Below are positions 45,490 through 59,220 of a stretch of DNA of 64,000 nucleotides, piece after piece. The DNA is from Eledone cirrhosa (taxonomy: Eukaryota). The notes under the pieces are model-generated. The model was not told the origin of the DNA, did not search any database, and was given only the letters and a program-made list of their open reading frames with translations. Position numbers and translations under genes: made by a program. The stretch lies in the NCBI GenBank assembly GCA_964016885.1, contig OZ024754.1:43710001-43774000 (forward strand), given 5' to 3'. Numbering within the stretch: the first letter of the stretch is position 1; each line of letters opens with the position of its first letter.

Positions 45490-45593
45490 ATCCCGGGTTC
45501 AAGGTACTCAATACATTAGTAGAGTGTAAACAACAAGTTTAATATAGAAATGGCTTCTACGGGACTAGAACTGTTTCATTCGATGGAAATTAT
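45490..45593 (-). mobile_element. Family B copy, tail-to-tail with the previous one
   Basis: ggtactcaatac..agtagagt..ggactagaactgtttcattcg. Confidence 0.8.
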
Positions 45594-46426
45594 GTATGTA
45601 TATTGGTATGTGAATATAGATGCATGTATATATATATACATGCATCTCTCTCTCTCTCTGTATATATATATATATATATTTATATATATACATATATATA
45701 TTTATTATATACATTACTTTTGTAATGTATATATCACTACATCCATCCCCCACCCACCCTAACTCATTTATTTCAACATTTTATTAATAACCCTCCCTTC
45801 CTCCCCTTCATCCCCCTCCTTAGTCGTTCTCTTTAGATAATAAAAAAGACTTTCTTTTCCCCCCTCATTGTGTTACACTAGTTCTTTTTCATCCTTTTCT
45901 TTCATGCTCTAAAATGACTGATTTATGTTTAGTCGTGTAGTATTTCCATTCATAAAACCATTGTTTTACTAACTACTATCTACCACAAATCACATCAATG
46001 AAACAATACATGTTTACTATTAGTCAACCGCTTCATGCCTTTCACTCAGTTCTTCCACATAAGTGAAAAACAATTCTCCTCCCCTCAACTTCTAATATTT
46101 ACTAATAAAGTCATTTATGTGAGAGTCGACTTTAAAGTTCATAGGCTGACCAAGATACTCTCATGGAATAACCAAATTAGGTTTATTTTTCAACATAACT
46201 CCTGGAAAAAAAAACGATGCAGTTATTAATAGGAAAAGTTGAAATTAATGCATGCAAGATTTCACAGCTCTAGCATCATTCCTTCATAGTGTGCCTATGA
46301 ACTTTTCTACCGACCTTCGTAACTTCACCGACCTCTGTCTTTACTTACTGATCGTCTTCGAGAACGTTGGTATCATCAGTCCCCAAACTGCCATTTTCCT
46401 CCGTAAAATTTGATGAAGGAGCCTTG

Positions 46427-46645
46427 TGAGGTGGAGTGGTCAATACAGTGGGTATCGCTGGTTGTTCTCCATGGAAATACTTTCACCATTTTGTTGGCAA
46501 GGTGCAGCCAAGATTTACCACATACATTAGGCTGTAATGTCTGCCACGTGAGGTGGATTGGCTGATGTAGAGAGTGTCACTGGCTGTTCTCCATAGCAAT
46601 GTCTTCCCCACTTTGTCTGCAGGGTGCAGTTAAGATACACCACAT
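46427..46645. repeat. Diverged tandem duplication with ~120-bp period
   Basis: gtgaggtgga..ctgg.tgttctccat..ggtgcag..aagat..accacata twice. Confidence 0.75.
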
Positions 46646-47068
46646 AGACTGGGGAGGGACGGGGGCTAGAGTCAGCCGCTCCCTCCCTCGCCCTTTCCTT
46701 ATTTAATTCATTTTATTTCTTTTTATTTGTTGCATACATTATATATTTTAATTGAAATTTGTTGAACAAATATCTTTTTGGAAAAAAAGAAATTTCAGTT
46801 AAGGGCGACACTAAAAATTCACTGCAGGGCATTGAAAACCCCCCTCCCACCGCAACCCACACCAAACACCCGTCTAAACTCATACAATCCTAAGTTATTT
46901 TAGCTTCACTCTAAGTAAATTCCGTTCATATATTCCCCATTGTGAAAAGGTTTTTATTTGTTTGTCAGATGCAACAGAAGTTCACACTTAGTTAAATACG
47001 TGAAGATATATTCATTTATTCACACAACCACACACACACACACACATATGTGTCTGTATGTATGTATG

Positions 47069-47115
<47 letters not shown>

Positions 47116-47208
47116 ATGTATGTGTGTATATATATAACTATATATATATATATATGTGTGTGTGTGTATGTGTTTGTGTGTGTGTAAGTAAAATTTCTCT
47201 CTGTAGAT

Positions 47209-47241
<33 letters not shown>

Positions 47242-47260
47242 ATATATTAATATATGGATA

Positions 47261-47464
47261 ATGGTTATACGGAACAGGAAGAACATCGTATGAACGCGCA
47301 TCTTCCTCTTCCGTATAACCATGACCAGTCCGAGCTGAAGATCCGCCTAAGGTGAAACAATTGTTCTCGGTATGGTGAACTAACTGTTGTGTTACTACTT
47401 CTACCTAACTCGTCCCATGGACTGAGTGCTCTACCACTACGGATATTACCTTCCAGTGTTCTAC

Positions 47465-47465
<1 letters not shown>
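47261..47465 (+). mobile_element. Family D TA-embedded island: 5' hairpin, hammerhead, ACTC/GAGT hairpin
   Basis: atggttatacggaa/ttccgtataaccat hairpin at 47261-47322; hammerhead at 47324-47376; ACTC-GTCC-CAT-GGAC-T-GAGTGC at 47408-47429. Confidence 0.8.
47324..47376 (+). ncRNA. Minimal type I hammerhead ribozyme motif
   Basis: Stem I ACCA-gt-CCGAG/CTCGG-ta-TGGT; CTGAAGA; short stem II; GAAAC-AATT-GTT with palindromic CAATTG. Confidence 0.8.
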
Positions 47466-47512
<47 letters not shown>

Positions 47513-47517
<5 letters not shown>

Positions 47518-47711
47518 AAAAAGTATAACCCCGACGGCAGAGCTCAAGCCGTTTCGACGGCTATTTCTGGACAGTCCAGAAATAGCCGTCGAAACGGCTT
47601 GAGCTCTGCCGTCGGGGTCATACTTTTTCCTATTTCCCACTCTACTACTCTAAGTATTGAGTACTCTGGTGCGTTATGGTCCATCTGGTTCCTTACCACA
47701 ATTCCTTTGTT
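47513..47711 (+). mobile_element. Family A island with a 60-bp fold-back
   Basis: Arms 47513-47572/47574-47633 (1 mismatch); ACTC-TAC-TACTCTAA-GTA-TT-GAGTAC; (TA)n on both sides. Confidence 0.88.
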
Positions 47712-47965
47712 ATATATATATATAATCGGCTATAACTACTTACTGTAGTTGGAAATGTGACACGTGTCAGTGAAAGGCAAGACGTACCTGCATTAATAAA
47801 CCGATGATGTTTTAACCAACCAAATCCTATTTAGTTCCGTTTTAGAGTTACGTTGACCTTAAGTTGCTGAAGGTTAACAAAATCACAATCAAAACAAACA
47901 GAACCCAGAAAATGTTAAACAGTTCCATAAAACCAACAACAGTTTAACAAAAATAATCAATTGAA

Positions 47966-48026
<61 letters not shown>

Positions 48027-48184
48027 AAACTACTATAATAACTCCTACTACTACTATTACTACTAATACTGCAATAATTACTACAACTACTGCATTACAA
48101 CTACTACTACTACCACCATTAATACCACTACTACTACCACAACCCCCACCACTATTATTACTATAGCCTTGTATCCATATGTTA

Positions 48185-48325
48185 CTGCCCCGTGTACACA
48201 GGGGCTATCGGTATCGACCTTAAAGAACCGAAACCACGAGGACCTCCAGCGGTTGTCTGCTGAGTAGAGCTGTCCTCTTTTGTCCGTTTTTTCGTTTTCA
48301 CCCACATTTTTTATGATCTTAGCAA
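48185..48325 (+). mobile_element. Probable further island of the same architecture, ending in (CATA)n
   Basis: 5' hairpin gcccc-gtgtacaca-ggggc, GAAAC near 48230, CTC-CAG-CGGTTGT-CTG-CT-GAGT at 48244-48265. Confidence 0.4.
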
Positions 48326-49191
48326 CATACATACATACCTACCTTCCTACCTACCTCTTCTCTACCCCCTACCTACTCACCTCACTAACTACCCACCCAC
48401 CTTCCCCACTACCTACCTGCGTACCTACCCGCCCACCCGCCTCACTAACTACCTATCCAATCAATACCTACCTATCTACCTACCTTCCTTCCCACAAGCC
48501 CACCTCGATACCTACCCCATCACACTACCCACCTACCCACCTACCTACCCCGTCACTACCCACCTCTCTACAGGCCACAGATTCCTTAAAGCTCTTTATT
48601 GTACATGAAGCAAAGAGGTTTGCATAAGAGAATGTTTGTGTAACAACTTCTCTAGAGAAGAAGGGAAGGAAGGAAGGAAGGAAGGAAGGAAGAAGAAGAA
48701 GAAGAAGAAGAAGAAGAAGAAGAAGAAGAAGAAGAAGAAGAAGAAGAAGAAGAAGAAGAAGAAGGCAAAGAAGAAGAAGAAGAACAACAACAACAACAAC
48801 AAAAAGCAGAGAGAGAAAGATTGAAAGGGTGGGTGATGGTGGGGAGTGGAGGGGGTGGAAGGTGGTGGAGGGCGGTGGAGGGCGGTGGTGGAAGTAGTGG
48901 AGGGCGGTGGAGGTAGTGGAGGGCGGTGGAGGGGTTTATACAGCAAATGCAGACATTGTTTATGTAAAGTAATAGTCGTAAGAGGTCCACTTGAAGCATG
49001 TTGTATTTACTCAGTCTTCTTTTACAGCCGCTAATGTTTACATAACTTTCGACACCCTTTTTAGCCAATCTCTTAAACGATTGTTAGTTTAGCCTCAGCC
49101 CAACAACAACAACAACAGCAACAGCAACAACAACAGCAGTAGCAGCAGCAGCAGCAAGCAATCATCACACAAACAAGCAAACATACATATA

Positions 49192-49283
49192 ATCAAAAAT
49201 AAAAACAAAATGGCTGCGATCTCCGAACTACGAACTCCGAACTACGAACTAACGAACGTTGTAAGTAGTTTAGAAGAACTAAT

Positions 49284-49360
<77 letters not shown>

Positions 49361-49722
49361 CGACCTCTGTCGGTTCCGACGACAACGCTGATGATGATTC
49401 GATCAAAAATAAAAACAAAATGGCAGCGAACTCCGAACTACAAATTCCAAACTACGAACTCCGAACTCCAAACTACGAACTCCGAACTCCGAACACCAAA
49501 CTGCAAACTCCGAATTCCGAACTCCAAACTCCGAACTCCAAACTACGAACTCCGAACTCCTAACTCCGAACTCCGAATTCCGAACTCCAAACTACGAACT
49601 CCGAACTCCAAACTACAAACTCCGAATTCCGAACTCCGAACTCCAAACTACGAACTACGAACTCCGAACTACCAACCAACGAACGTTGTAAGTAATTTAG
49701 AAGAACTAATGAGTGTGTGTGT
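49192..49722. repeat. Duplicated unit with an expanded (AACTCCG/AACTACG/AACTCCA)n heptamer array
   Basis: atcaaaaataaaaacaaaatggc...acgaacgttgtaagta.tttagaagaactaatgagtgtg occurs twice. Confidence 0.9.
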
Positions 49723-49766
49723 CTTCTCGAAAAATTAACTCACAAGTGGCTGAGTGTCTCTTAAAC

Positions 49767-49850
49767 CAGCGGTCGCCAACCTTTCGGACCTCACGGACCA
49801 CTAAATTCATGATTTTAAATCCCGCGGACCACTAATATGAATTGTCTTTT
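49767..49850 (+). mobile_element. hAT (Charlie-like) transposon end
   Basis: CAGCGGTCGCCAACCTTT terminus with repeated cggaccact subterminal motifs. Confidence 0.65.
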
Positions 49851-49872
49851 AAAAAGATATATATATTTGTAA

Positions 49873-50062
49873 AATAATTGTTTCTACTTTAGGCACAAGG
49901 TCAGCAATCACCCCAGTGTATTACTGGTACTTTATTTTATCGACCCCCGTAAGGATGAAAGACAAAGTTAACCTCGGCGGGATTTGAACTCAGAATGGCA
50001 AGGGCCGTAACTCTACGCGTCAAAGCATGGCGTCCGACCCTCTACCGATACTACCAATCCAT
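49873..50062 (-). mobile_element. Nin/Deu-domain SINE
   Basis: Reverse-complement consensus match. Confidence 0.92.
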
Positions 50063-50104
50063 CTTCGTAAAATAATGATCAGAGAACTTCCAATTTTATT
50101 AAAC

Positions 50105-50512
50105 TATGATGATGGTGATGATGATCATGATGATGATGATGGTGATGGAGGTGGTGGTGGTGATGGTGATGACGATGGTGGTGGTGATGATGATGGTGGT
50201 GGTGGTGGTAGTGGTGGTGATGATGACGATGGTGGTGGTGATGGTGATGGTGGTGGTGGTGGTGGTGGTGGTGGTGGTGGTGGTGGTGGTGGTGGTGGTG
50301 GTGGTGGTGGTGGTGGTGGTGGTGGTGGTGATGACGATTGTGGTGGTGATGGTGGTGGTGATGGTGGTGATGATGGTGATGGTGGTGGCGATGGTGAGGA
50401 TATTGATGAAATAACAACAACAACAACAACAATAACTTTATATCAATGTTTGCTTCGTTGGCTGAAGTGAAAGAATGCGGAAAAGTTCAGACCTACCGCA
50501 GATAGCAACCAT

Positions 50513-50543
<31 letters not shown>

Positions 50544-50574
50544 AGCAGCAGCAGCAATAGCAGCAGCAGCACTA

Positions 50575-50607
<33 letters not shown>

Positions 50608-51037
50608 GCAACAATAACAGCAGCAGCAACAGCAACAGCAACACCAACATCAGCAACAACAGCAGCAACAACAACAATAGCAGCAGCAGCGGCGGCAGCA
50701 ACGACAACAACAACACCATCATCAGCAGCAGCAACAACAACAATAGCAGCAGCAGCAGCGTCAGCAACAACAACAACAGCAACAACAGCAATGCTCGTCA
50801 TCATCACCATCATCATCATCATACCACCTCCACTACCACCGCCACCACCACCACCGCCACCACCATCATCACCACTACCACCGCCACCCGACCGCCACCA
50901 CCATCATCACCACCACCGCCACCACCACCACTACCACCGCCACCAGCACCGCCACCACCGCCACCACCACCGCCGCCACCATCATCACTACCACCGCCAC
51001 CACCACCACTACCGCCACCACCATCATCATCATCACT
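50105..51037. repeat. Trinucleotide field (GAT/GGT), (CAG/CAA), (CAC/CAT/CCG)
   Basis: Direct reading. Confidence 0.95.
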
Positions 51038-51315
51038 ATAATATGATAGACAAGTCGTTGTTCGTCCATTTATCAAACGGTGTCAGTGATAGTCAGTGTT
51101 GTAGTAGACCTGGTAATGTTGAGATATTGGTGGGGTGGGGTGGGGCTGGGGTGGATAGAGTGGGGGGGGCTGAGGATGGGGGACTGAGTGTGGGGTGCCG
51201 TGGGGGGTAGAGGTGGTGGGATGGGTGGTGGAACGGGGTGGAGGGTGTGTGGGAGTGGGGGGGGGGGGGGGGGTTGTCGGGTGGAGGAGGGTGGATGTAT
51301 ATATATGGTAGGCTA

Positions 51316-51350
<35 letters not shown>

Positions 51351-51869
51351 CCCTACCATATACACACTCTACACAGACAAACATACACACGGATATATAT
51401 ATACGGTAGGAAAAAGAAAGAAAAGAAAAAGAAAGTAAAAAGAAAGAAAGAGAGAAAGAAAGAATTTGAAAGTTTTCAGTTGAAGAATTTGTGTGTAAAT
51501 GTCACCCAAGATTTTGTGCAATGAGTTGAAGAGAATGTCTGTTATTGGTGTAAGAAGTAATCCAGGCTGATGGAATTGTTCAGTGAATATTAATCGGAAA
51601 CAATTGCTAAAGACTTCCTCCAACAGAGATTCACTAACAAATTCTCTTAAAACACTTTTTGTCTGTAATATAAACGTACTTTTTATTAGAAAAAAAAAAA
51701 AAAGGTTTTCCGTTCCTTTTTCTTCTCAATTTCTATCTTTCTATTTCGTCTTTTTTTTTTCTTTCTCTCATTCTAACTTTCAATGAAGGACTAGTGTCCG
51801 AAACGTCATAAACTTCTTTCATTGCACGTCATTTTATTCCTTAGCATGCGTTTTGGTCTCGCGCGACTC

Positions 51870-52006
<137 letters not shown>

Positions 52007-52043
52007 TTAAGGATACTATGTATGTATATAAACATTGAAAAAT

Positions 52044-52088
52044 GCTCCGAAGATTTCATACCTCGGTTTGGATGAAACAATTGTAAGC
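52044..52088 (+). ncRNA. Minimal type I hammerhead-like motif with a core U-to-C change, in a TA-flanked island
   Basis: GCT-CCGAAGA-T-TTCA-T-ACC-TC-GGT-T-TGGA-T-GAAAC-AATT-GTA-AGC. Confidence 0.7.
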
Positions 52089-52338
52089 TAATAAATGGTT
52101 TGAACATAACTTTGATTCCTGTGAATTGTATATATATATATATATATATATATAATTATATGTGTCTGTGTATATATATATATATGTCTATGTGTGTGTG
52201 ACAATATAAACTTTTATACATGAATGTATATTTATATAAACATTTATATATATGTGTGTGTGTGTGTGTGTGTATGTATACATGTATATTCAGTTGTGTG
52301 TGTATATGTAGCTATATTTATAAATATATGCATATTAC

Positions 52339-52400
<62 letters not shown>

Positions 52401-52628
52401 GTGTATATGTGTGTTAGTATACAAGACGGGTTTCTAAATGAAAACACAGCCCTTTATATAATTCACTGAAACAATACATGTCAAAACATTAAATATGTTG
52501 AGAGATGGTCTTGATGAAGACCAAGATTGGCTCCGTTGGAGAGTTGTTCTGTGTGGTCTCTCACGTCACCACTGTAGATATAGATATAGATATATATATA
52601 TATACCTATATATATACCTATATATATA

Positions 52629-52672
<44 letters not shown>

Positions 52673-52714
52673 ATATATATATATATATATATCATATATA
52701 TATAATTTGTCACG

Positions 52715-52752
<38 letters not shown>

Positions 52753-52799
52753 CTACAGACTCTCTTGTTCTCCTGCGTGTATAACTGAACACTTCATTT

Positions 52800-52861
<62 letters not shown>

Positions 52862-52973
52862 CTGCCTGTGTGTATACATATAAATATCATGTATATTTTT
52901 TCGTCTATACATATATACAGAGTAAGAGACAGACAAATATATTTGTGCATGTCTAAATACGTATATTTCCGTA

Positions 52974-53024
<51 letters not shown>

Positions 53025-53108
53025 TTATTTATTTATTTATTTATTTGTGTATATATATATTTATTTGTGTATATATATATTTATTTGTGTATATATATAT
53101 TATTTGTG

Positions 53109-53212
<104 letters not shown>

Positions 53213-53269
53213 CTTATGTGTATATATCCAGTATGTATATATGTGTATTGAGGTGTATACGTGATGGAG

Positions 53270-54094
53270 TTGTTAAGAGCTCCATTTCGCTATCAGGCTA
53301 TTCCGTATTTTAACCCACTTCGAGACACCTTGACCAATTTTCTTCTACTGCAGTATTATGGTTTTGCTCGGCATTACATAGGCGGCATTAATTCTCACAA
53401 GGAAACACATATAGATTGATAATGCTGTGTATTTCTTTTGTTCGTCTATCTAGAGGATGCCTTGTGTCTTTAAGTATTGAATTACCAAAACATATTCTAT
53501 CACAGGATATGGTGTCTCTGGGAATTGAGAAAGTAGCTCTATAAATTACGGTTTATACTTTGCATGAGTTGCTGAAACGAACATAATTCTCGATATGGTT
53601 AAGTTATCTTCCCTGTAACTATGGTTTCCAGTAATTTTAAAGACATGTTCACATATTCGATTCTGCTAATAAAATATCTAAGAAATTATTCCCATGATTC
53701 CTGGGGTTATTAGTTAGTTTGAGGTGTTTTTTTATCTCCAATAATACTCCTCGTATTCACTTCTTCAAGTATAGTTTACCTTTAAATAATTCATATTAAA
53801 CAATTTGGAATATTTGTGTCCTGTGAAGAAATGTTAGGGAATCAGGTTTAGGAGATACTGAAGTTCATATTGAGGCTGTATATGAATGGTTTAACCGGAT
53901 CGCGTTACAGTTATGGCTTTTTATGATTTTGGACCCTTTTATTAGTAAGTGGGGTTTCAGGTTTAGGCTTAAATACAGTCGTTTCTTTAAATCCGTTGTT
54001 TCTAATGCTTTGCTATAAAAGTTTACTGCAGTATCAAATGTTGCTTTATAGGAAAATATAAGAAAATATTCTCCCATAATTCTTAACGATACCA
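53270..54094 (-). pseudogene. Decayed Penelope-like retroelement ORF (RT C-terminal region, linker, GIY-YIG endonuclease)
   Basis: Frameshifted peptides in the expected order: [89 protein letters not shown]; flanked by microsatellites. Confidence 0.8.
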
Positions 54095-54131
54095 ACACAC
54101 ACACATACATATATGTATGTATATATATGTC

Positions 54132-54256
<125 letters not shown>

Positions 54257-54268
54257 TCATATACATTC

Positions 54269-54310
<42 letters not shown>

Positions 54311-54340
54311 GAAAAGTATAGAAATTGTTGTAGCTAGAAG

Positions 54341-54382
<42 letters not shown>

Positions 54383-54391
54383 AATATATTC

Positions 54392-54489
<98 letters not shown>

Positions 54490-54508
54490 CTCGCTTTCTC
54501 TCTCGCTT

Positions 54509-54540
<32 letters not shown>

Positions 54541-54870
54541 AACGAGGAGTGTAAATTTGTAATATGTATGTAGACGTTTTTCCCGAACCCATAATCAACG
54601 CAGATGAAGTGATTTAGCTTCAACAGTAAAACAAAGATGGCTACCAGATACTGTTCCCCATAAGACATCTCGCTATTTACTCTACGGTGTTTGTCACGAA
54701 ATAATTCATACTCTACTTTTGATTATCTCCCTTCGGCATATTTTCTCGTTTTTCATTTTTATAACATATATATATATATATATATATATATTGTCTTTTG
54801 TTTTAATTTTCACGTTTGTTATTTCTTTTATCATAATTTTTTCTCGAGAAATCTCACATCGCATCGACCT

Positions 54871-54900
54871 GTGACGTCATGTGACGTCATGTGACGTCAT
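54871..54900. promoter_or_regulatory. Three tandem CRE palindromes (TGACGTCA)
   Basis: (GTGACGTCAT)x3; function unproven. Confidence 0.35.
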
Positions 54901-55157
54901 TAATGTTTTCTTCCTATCACCATTTTCTGACTGATAAAGATTTCTTTATAATTTATAAGTTATGCGTTTGCTTCTTTTCATTTTTTTTTTTTTGGTATTA
55001 TTTACCTGTTAGTTCCGCCATTGCTTGGTTTCTATTTGATGGGCGCCATCTTTACATTAACCCACTTAACTGCAACTGAATCTGAAAATATATATATATA
55101 TATAATGAAAGCAAAAACCAAAGAACCCACGATGGATATATATACATACAAACATAT

Positions 55158-55196
<39 letters not shown>

Positions 55197-55435
55197 CCAT
55201 TAACATTTGATATATGTCCTATGTCTGAATGCAAGATCCCTCTGGCCATTAAAAATAATAAGATAAAAATGATGATAGAGATGTACTAATAATGTTAAGA
55301 AAGAAGTATTCTATAATGAAGGTATATATATTTTGAAAACCAAGATGTCGCCCAATATATTTGTATAAAGAACACAAAAGATAACAGACACACACATACA
55401 AATGTACAACAGCATACATATATATATATATACAG

Positions 55436-55545
<110 letters not shown>

Positions 55546-55623
55546 ATATGTGTGTGTATATATATATGTATGTTTATATTTATATATATATATATATATA
55601 TACATACATATATATTCACACAG

Positions 55624-55654
<31 letters not shown>

Positions 55655-55692
55655 CGCATATATATTCAGACACATATATATATATATTCACA

Positions 55693-55723
<31 letters not shown>

Positions 55724-55849
55724 CATTCATACATGCATAAGTCATACACGCCTACATACATACATACATACATACATACATACATACAGACAGACATACT
55801 AACATACTTACATACATACTAACATATTTACATACACACATACATACAT

Positions 55850-55882
<33 letters not shown>

Positions 55883-56064
55883 GTGAAAGCTATTATCTAA
55901 AGACAATATGTCTTCCGTGTAACATTTTTACTCTCTGCGTGACGTCATTACTTTGACCGGTACAGGCTTCTCTATTTCCGGTCACAAGCATGTTGGGTAG
56001 AAATGGACAATTTATCTCAAATATGGAACCTACTTGCATATTTGAGATAAATAGATAGATAGAT

Positions 56065-56141
<77 letters not shown>

Positions 56142-56170
56142 GAAAAAAAGAGAGAGAGAGAGAGAAAAAA

Positions 56171-56249
<79 letters not shown>

Positions 56250-56284
56250 GATACATACATAGATACACACATACATACATAGAT

Positions 56285-56897
56285 ACATGGTGGCTGCCAA
56301 CTCGTTTTCGAGTACGGCCACTACTTTATATCCATGTAGGATAACTCCTACCGATGCACTGAACAAGTGTGACTTTTTAGTCCAGCCAGCGACTTGAAAA
56401 CTCTGGTACAAACACTACACTTGTGGCAATCATTGACACATAGTGCTGGGCCCATGGTACCCTGTGACGACAAGTGCAGAGAGATCTCCAGATATAAAGC
56501 AATGCCTGTGCTGTGAAGCTTTTATAGTGAGCAAAGGCACTGCACAAAGCCAGTCCCACTCTCTTAACCAAGATGATATTTACCAAAAAGAAGAACAATT
56601 CAACATCATTGGATACCATCAGGGTTGCAGGTGTTATATCAGAGTTTTCCTTCTCCTAGAATTCTGCCTTGACAAAGGCTAAGGGGTCATCTCTCCCAGT
56701 GATTTTGGATGGCCATTGACTCTTAAGAGCTCCTTTGCCCTTTGACAGGTTTTGTTTTTAGTCCTGCAGGATGTCCAAAGTCACCCTCCTCACCAAGAAA
56801 CCTTGGTGGGGTTGCCAGTTTAGTCGCCAACGACCCGACCCTGAGACAGGTTGTACTGGGATACATGTTACCAGTAGCACCAACTGGTGACCTGGAT
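56285..56897. mobile_element. (CATA)n-flanked interspersed repeat with an RTE-UTR-like block
   Basis: gagttttccttctcctag...ctgccttgacaaaggct resembles RTE-related UTR sequence in reverse; homologous to 34880-35180. Confidence 0.6.
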
Positions 56898-57083
56898 ACA
56901 TACATACATACATACATACATACATACATACATACATACATACATACATACATACATACATACATACATAGAGACAGATAGGCATATATACAAACATGCA
57001 AAGAGACACACATGAATGCACAGAAAAAACATACCTACACACACATATACTTGCATACATAGATGCAAAAATGCACACATTCG

Positions 57084-57410
<327 letters not shown>

Positions 57411-57499
57411 GACACGTGTGTGTGTCCGTGTTCAGGAAAATTTGTTTTGGTAAAAATAGGAGTATGCAAGAGAAAGCTCTCTACATTCGTAGGATAGAT

Positions 57500-57665
57500 T
57501 TTAATACATTAGATAACTGGAGTATTGAGGGAGGGTACATTTGTAGACGTAGTATAAGGGTATATCTTAATACATTTGGTAACTGGGGTATTAAGAGGGG
57601 GTACATTTGTAGATGTATACGGGGGTATATCTTAATACATTAGATAACTGGGTTATTGAAGGGGT
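57500..57665. repeat. ~65-bp tandem repeat, 2.5 copies
   Basis: ttaatacatt.g.taactgg..tatt...gggtacatttgtaga. Confidence 0.8.
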
Positions 57666-58585
57666 GGAGGCCTTTAAAAATGTATTCGTCTTTGGGGTGT
57701 CGGTGTGGCGATTGACATTTTGCTTACTAAGTATTTTTCATTGATTTGCTCAAGAATGTGTGTATAAATGTTTGTGTGTTTATGTGTATTTTGCGGAGTG
57801 CATGTGTGTGTTTGTGTGTATGTGTATGAGTGTGTTTGTGTGTGAGACAGAGTTTATATATATATATATATGTGTGTACGTGTGTATTCTGTGTATCCGT
57901 ACGTTTTGTGGGTTTCCCCTATCAGTTATTGAAGCAATGTCAGGGGGTAGGTGGGTAGCTATTTAGCCCTCGCTCTTCCACCCCGCCAGTATCTATAAAC
58001 CTTATACAAAGTATTACCCTAACCCATCCGATACCACAACAATCAGGATTTAATCAGACTAAAGAGTCGCTCTTTAACATCCTTTTCTTCCGGAAAAAAA
58101 TATTCATAAAATTAAAAGATAAAAATGAAAATGGTTGATAGAAAAGAATTCTGTTTTTCGTTCTTTGCAAAATCTACATTTGACTTCAGTTTCTCAAACT
58201 ATAAACTCTTACCGCATTTTCTTATCTCCCCCTTATCTTCCTTCTCTACTAAAAAGGCAAACTAAATTCATTTGTTTGTGAGCAACCATGTTTTTATTGA
58301 GGTAGTCTTTCTGTCCTTTATCTGAAGACATTTTTTTAACACTTGAGTATCAGGTGCATAAAACTCGCTGTTTTATATTCTTCCTTCGTCGCAGTAAAAG
58401 AAAAATAAGTTTGTATTTTTCTGGAAATCTTATGGAAACTATTTTTATTACCGTCTTTTGTTCCTTTTAATTTTATTTTTATATAGCTTTATACTTATAT
58501 TTCCTTTTTCATTTTTATCATATGTTTTTGTTAGTGTTTTTTTTTTGTGTGTGTTTGTGTCTGTGTTTTTATCTGATCTTTTAAG

Positions 58586-58611
58586 ATAATCATTGTCTCA
58601 GATAAACGAAG
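58586..58611 (+). CDS. Candidate 26-nt exon (IIIVSDKR)
   Basis: T-rich tract, TTTTAAG|...AG|GTAATG; phase-compatible with the candidate exon at 63022. Confidence 0.2.
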
Positions 58612-59220
58612 GTAATGAAAACCAAAATTGGAATACATAGTGACCAAAAGATCTCAGCTTATAGTTCCGACATTGATGTAAAACTTTACGACTTTTTTTG
58701 CTTAGCTTTTACTCATTTTGATGTCATTTGTCGTCGTCTTATATACATACATACATACATACATACAAACATACATACATACATACATACATACATACAT
58801 ACATACATACATACAAACATACATACATACATACATACATACATACATACATACATACATACATACATACATACATACATACATACATACGTGTATATAT
58901 ATGTATCTTTAATGGTGTTGTTATGGCGTTAATAACAACAATATCACGGTCGGTATCACCAACACAAAAAAGCTTTTGGTTAATCAGGAAACTACAGATT
59001 TATAGTGACAGACATAATGAGGAAGTTATAACATTTATGCCTTTCCGCAAAACTCCCTCTCTCTCCCAACAGCCCCCACAGACCCAAAATAGAGCCATGG
59101 ACATTGCCCGCCCCTTCCCCGATTAACATTACTTCTCTTCCTCCAAGATCCAGGAACTTGAAAACGGTCAGAGGCAAAGACCTTTCTTTTTCTGACGAAA
59201 ACATTGAAATAGTATCGTAC

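Noticed and set aside
59192-59218. CTGACGA..GAAA hammerhead-like match
   Set aside because: No stem I and only a 2-bp stem II
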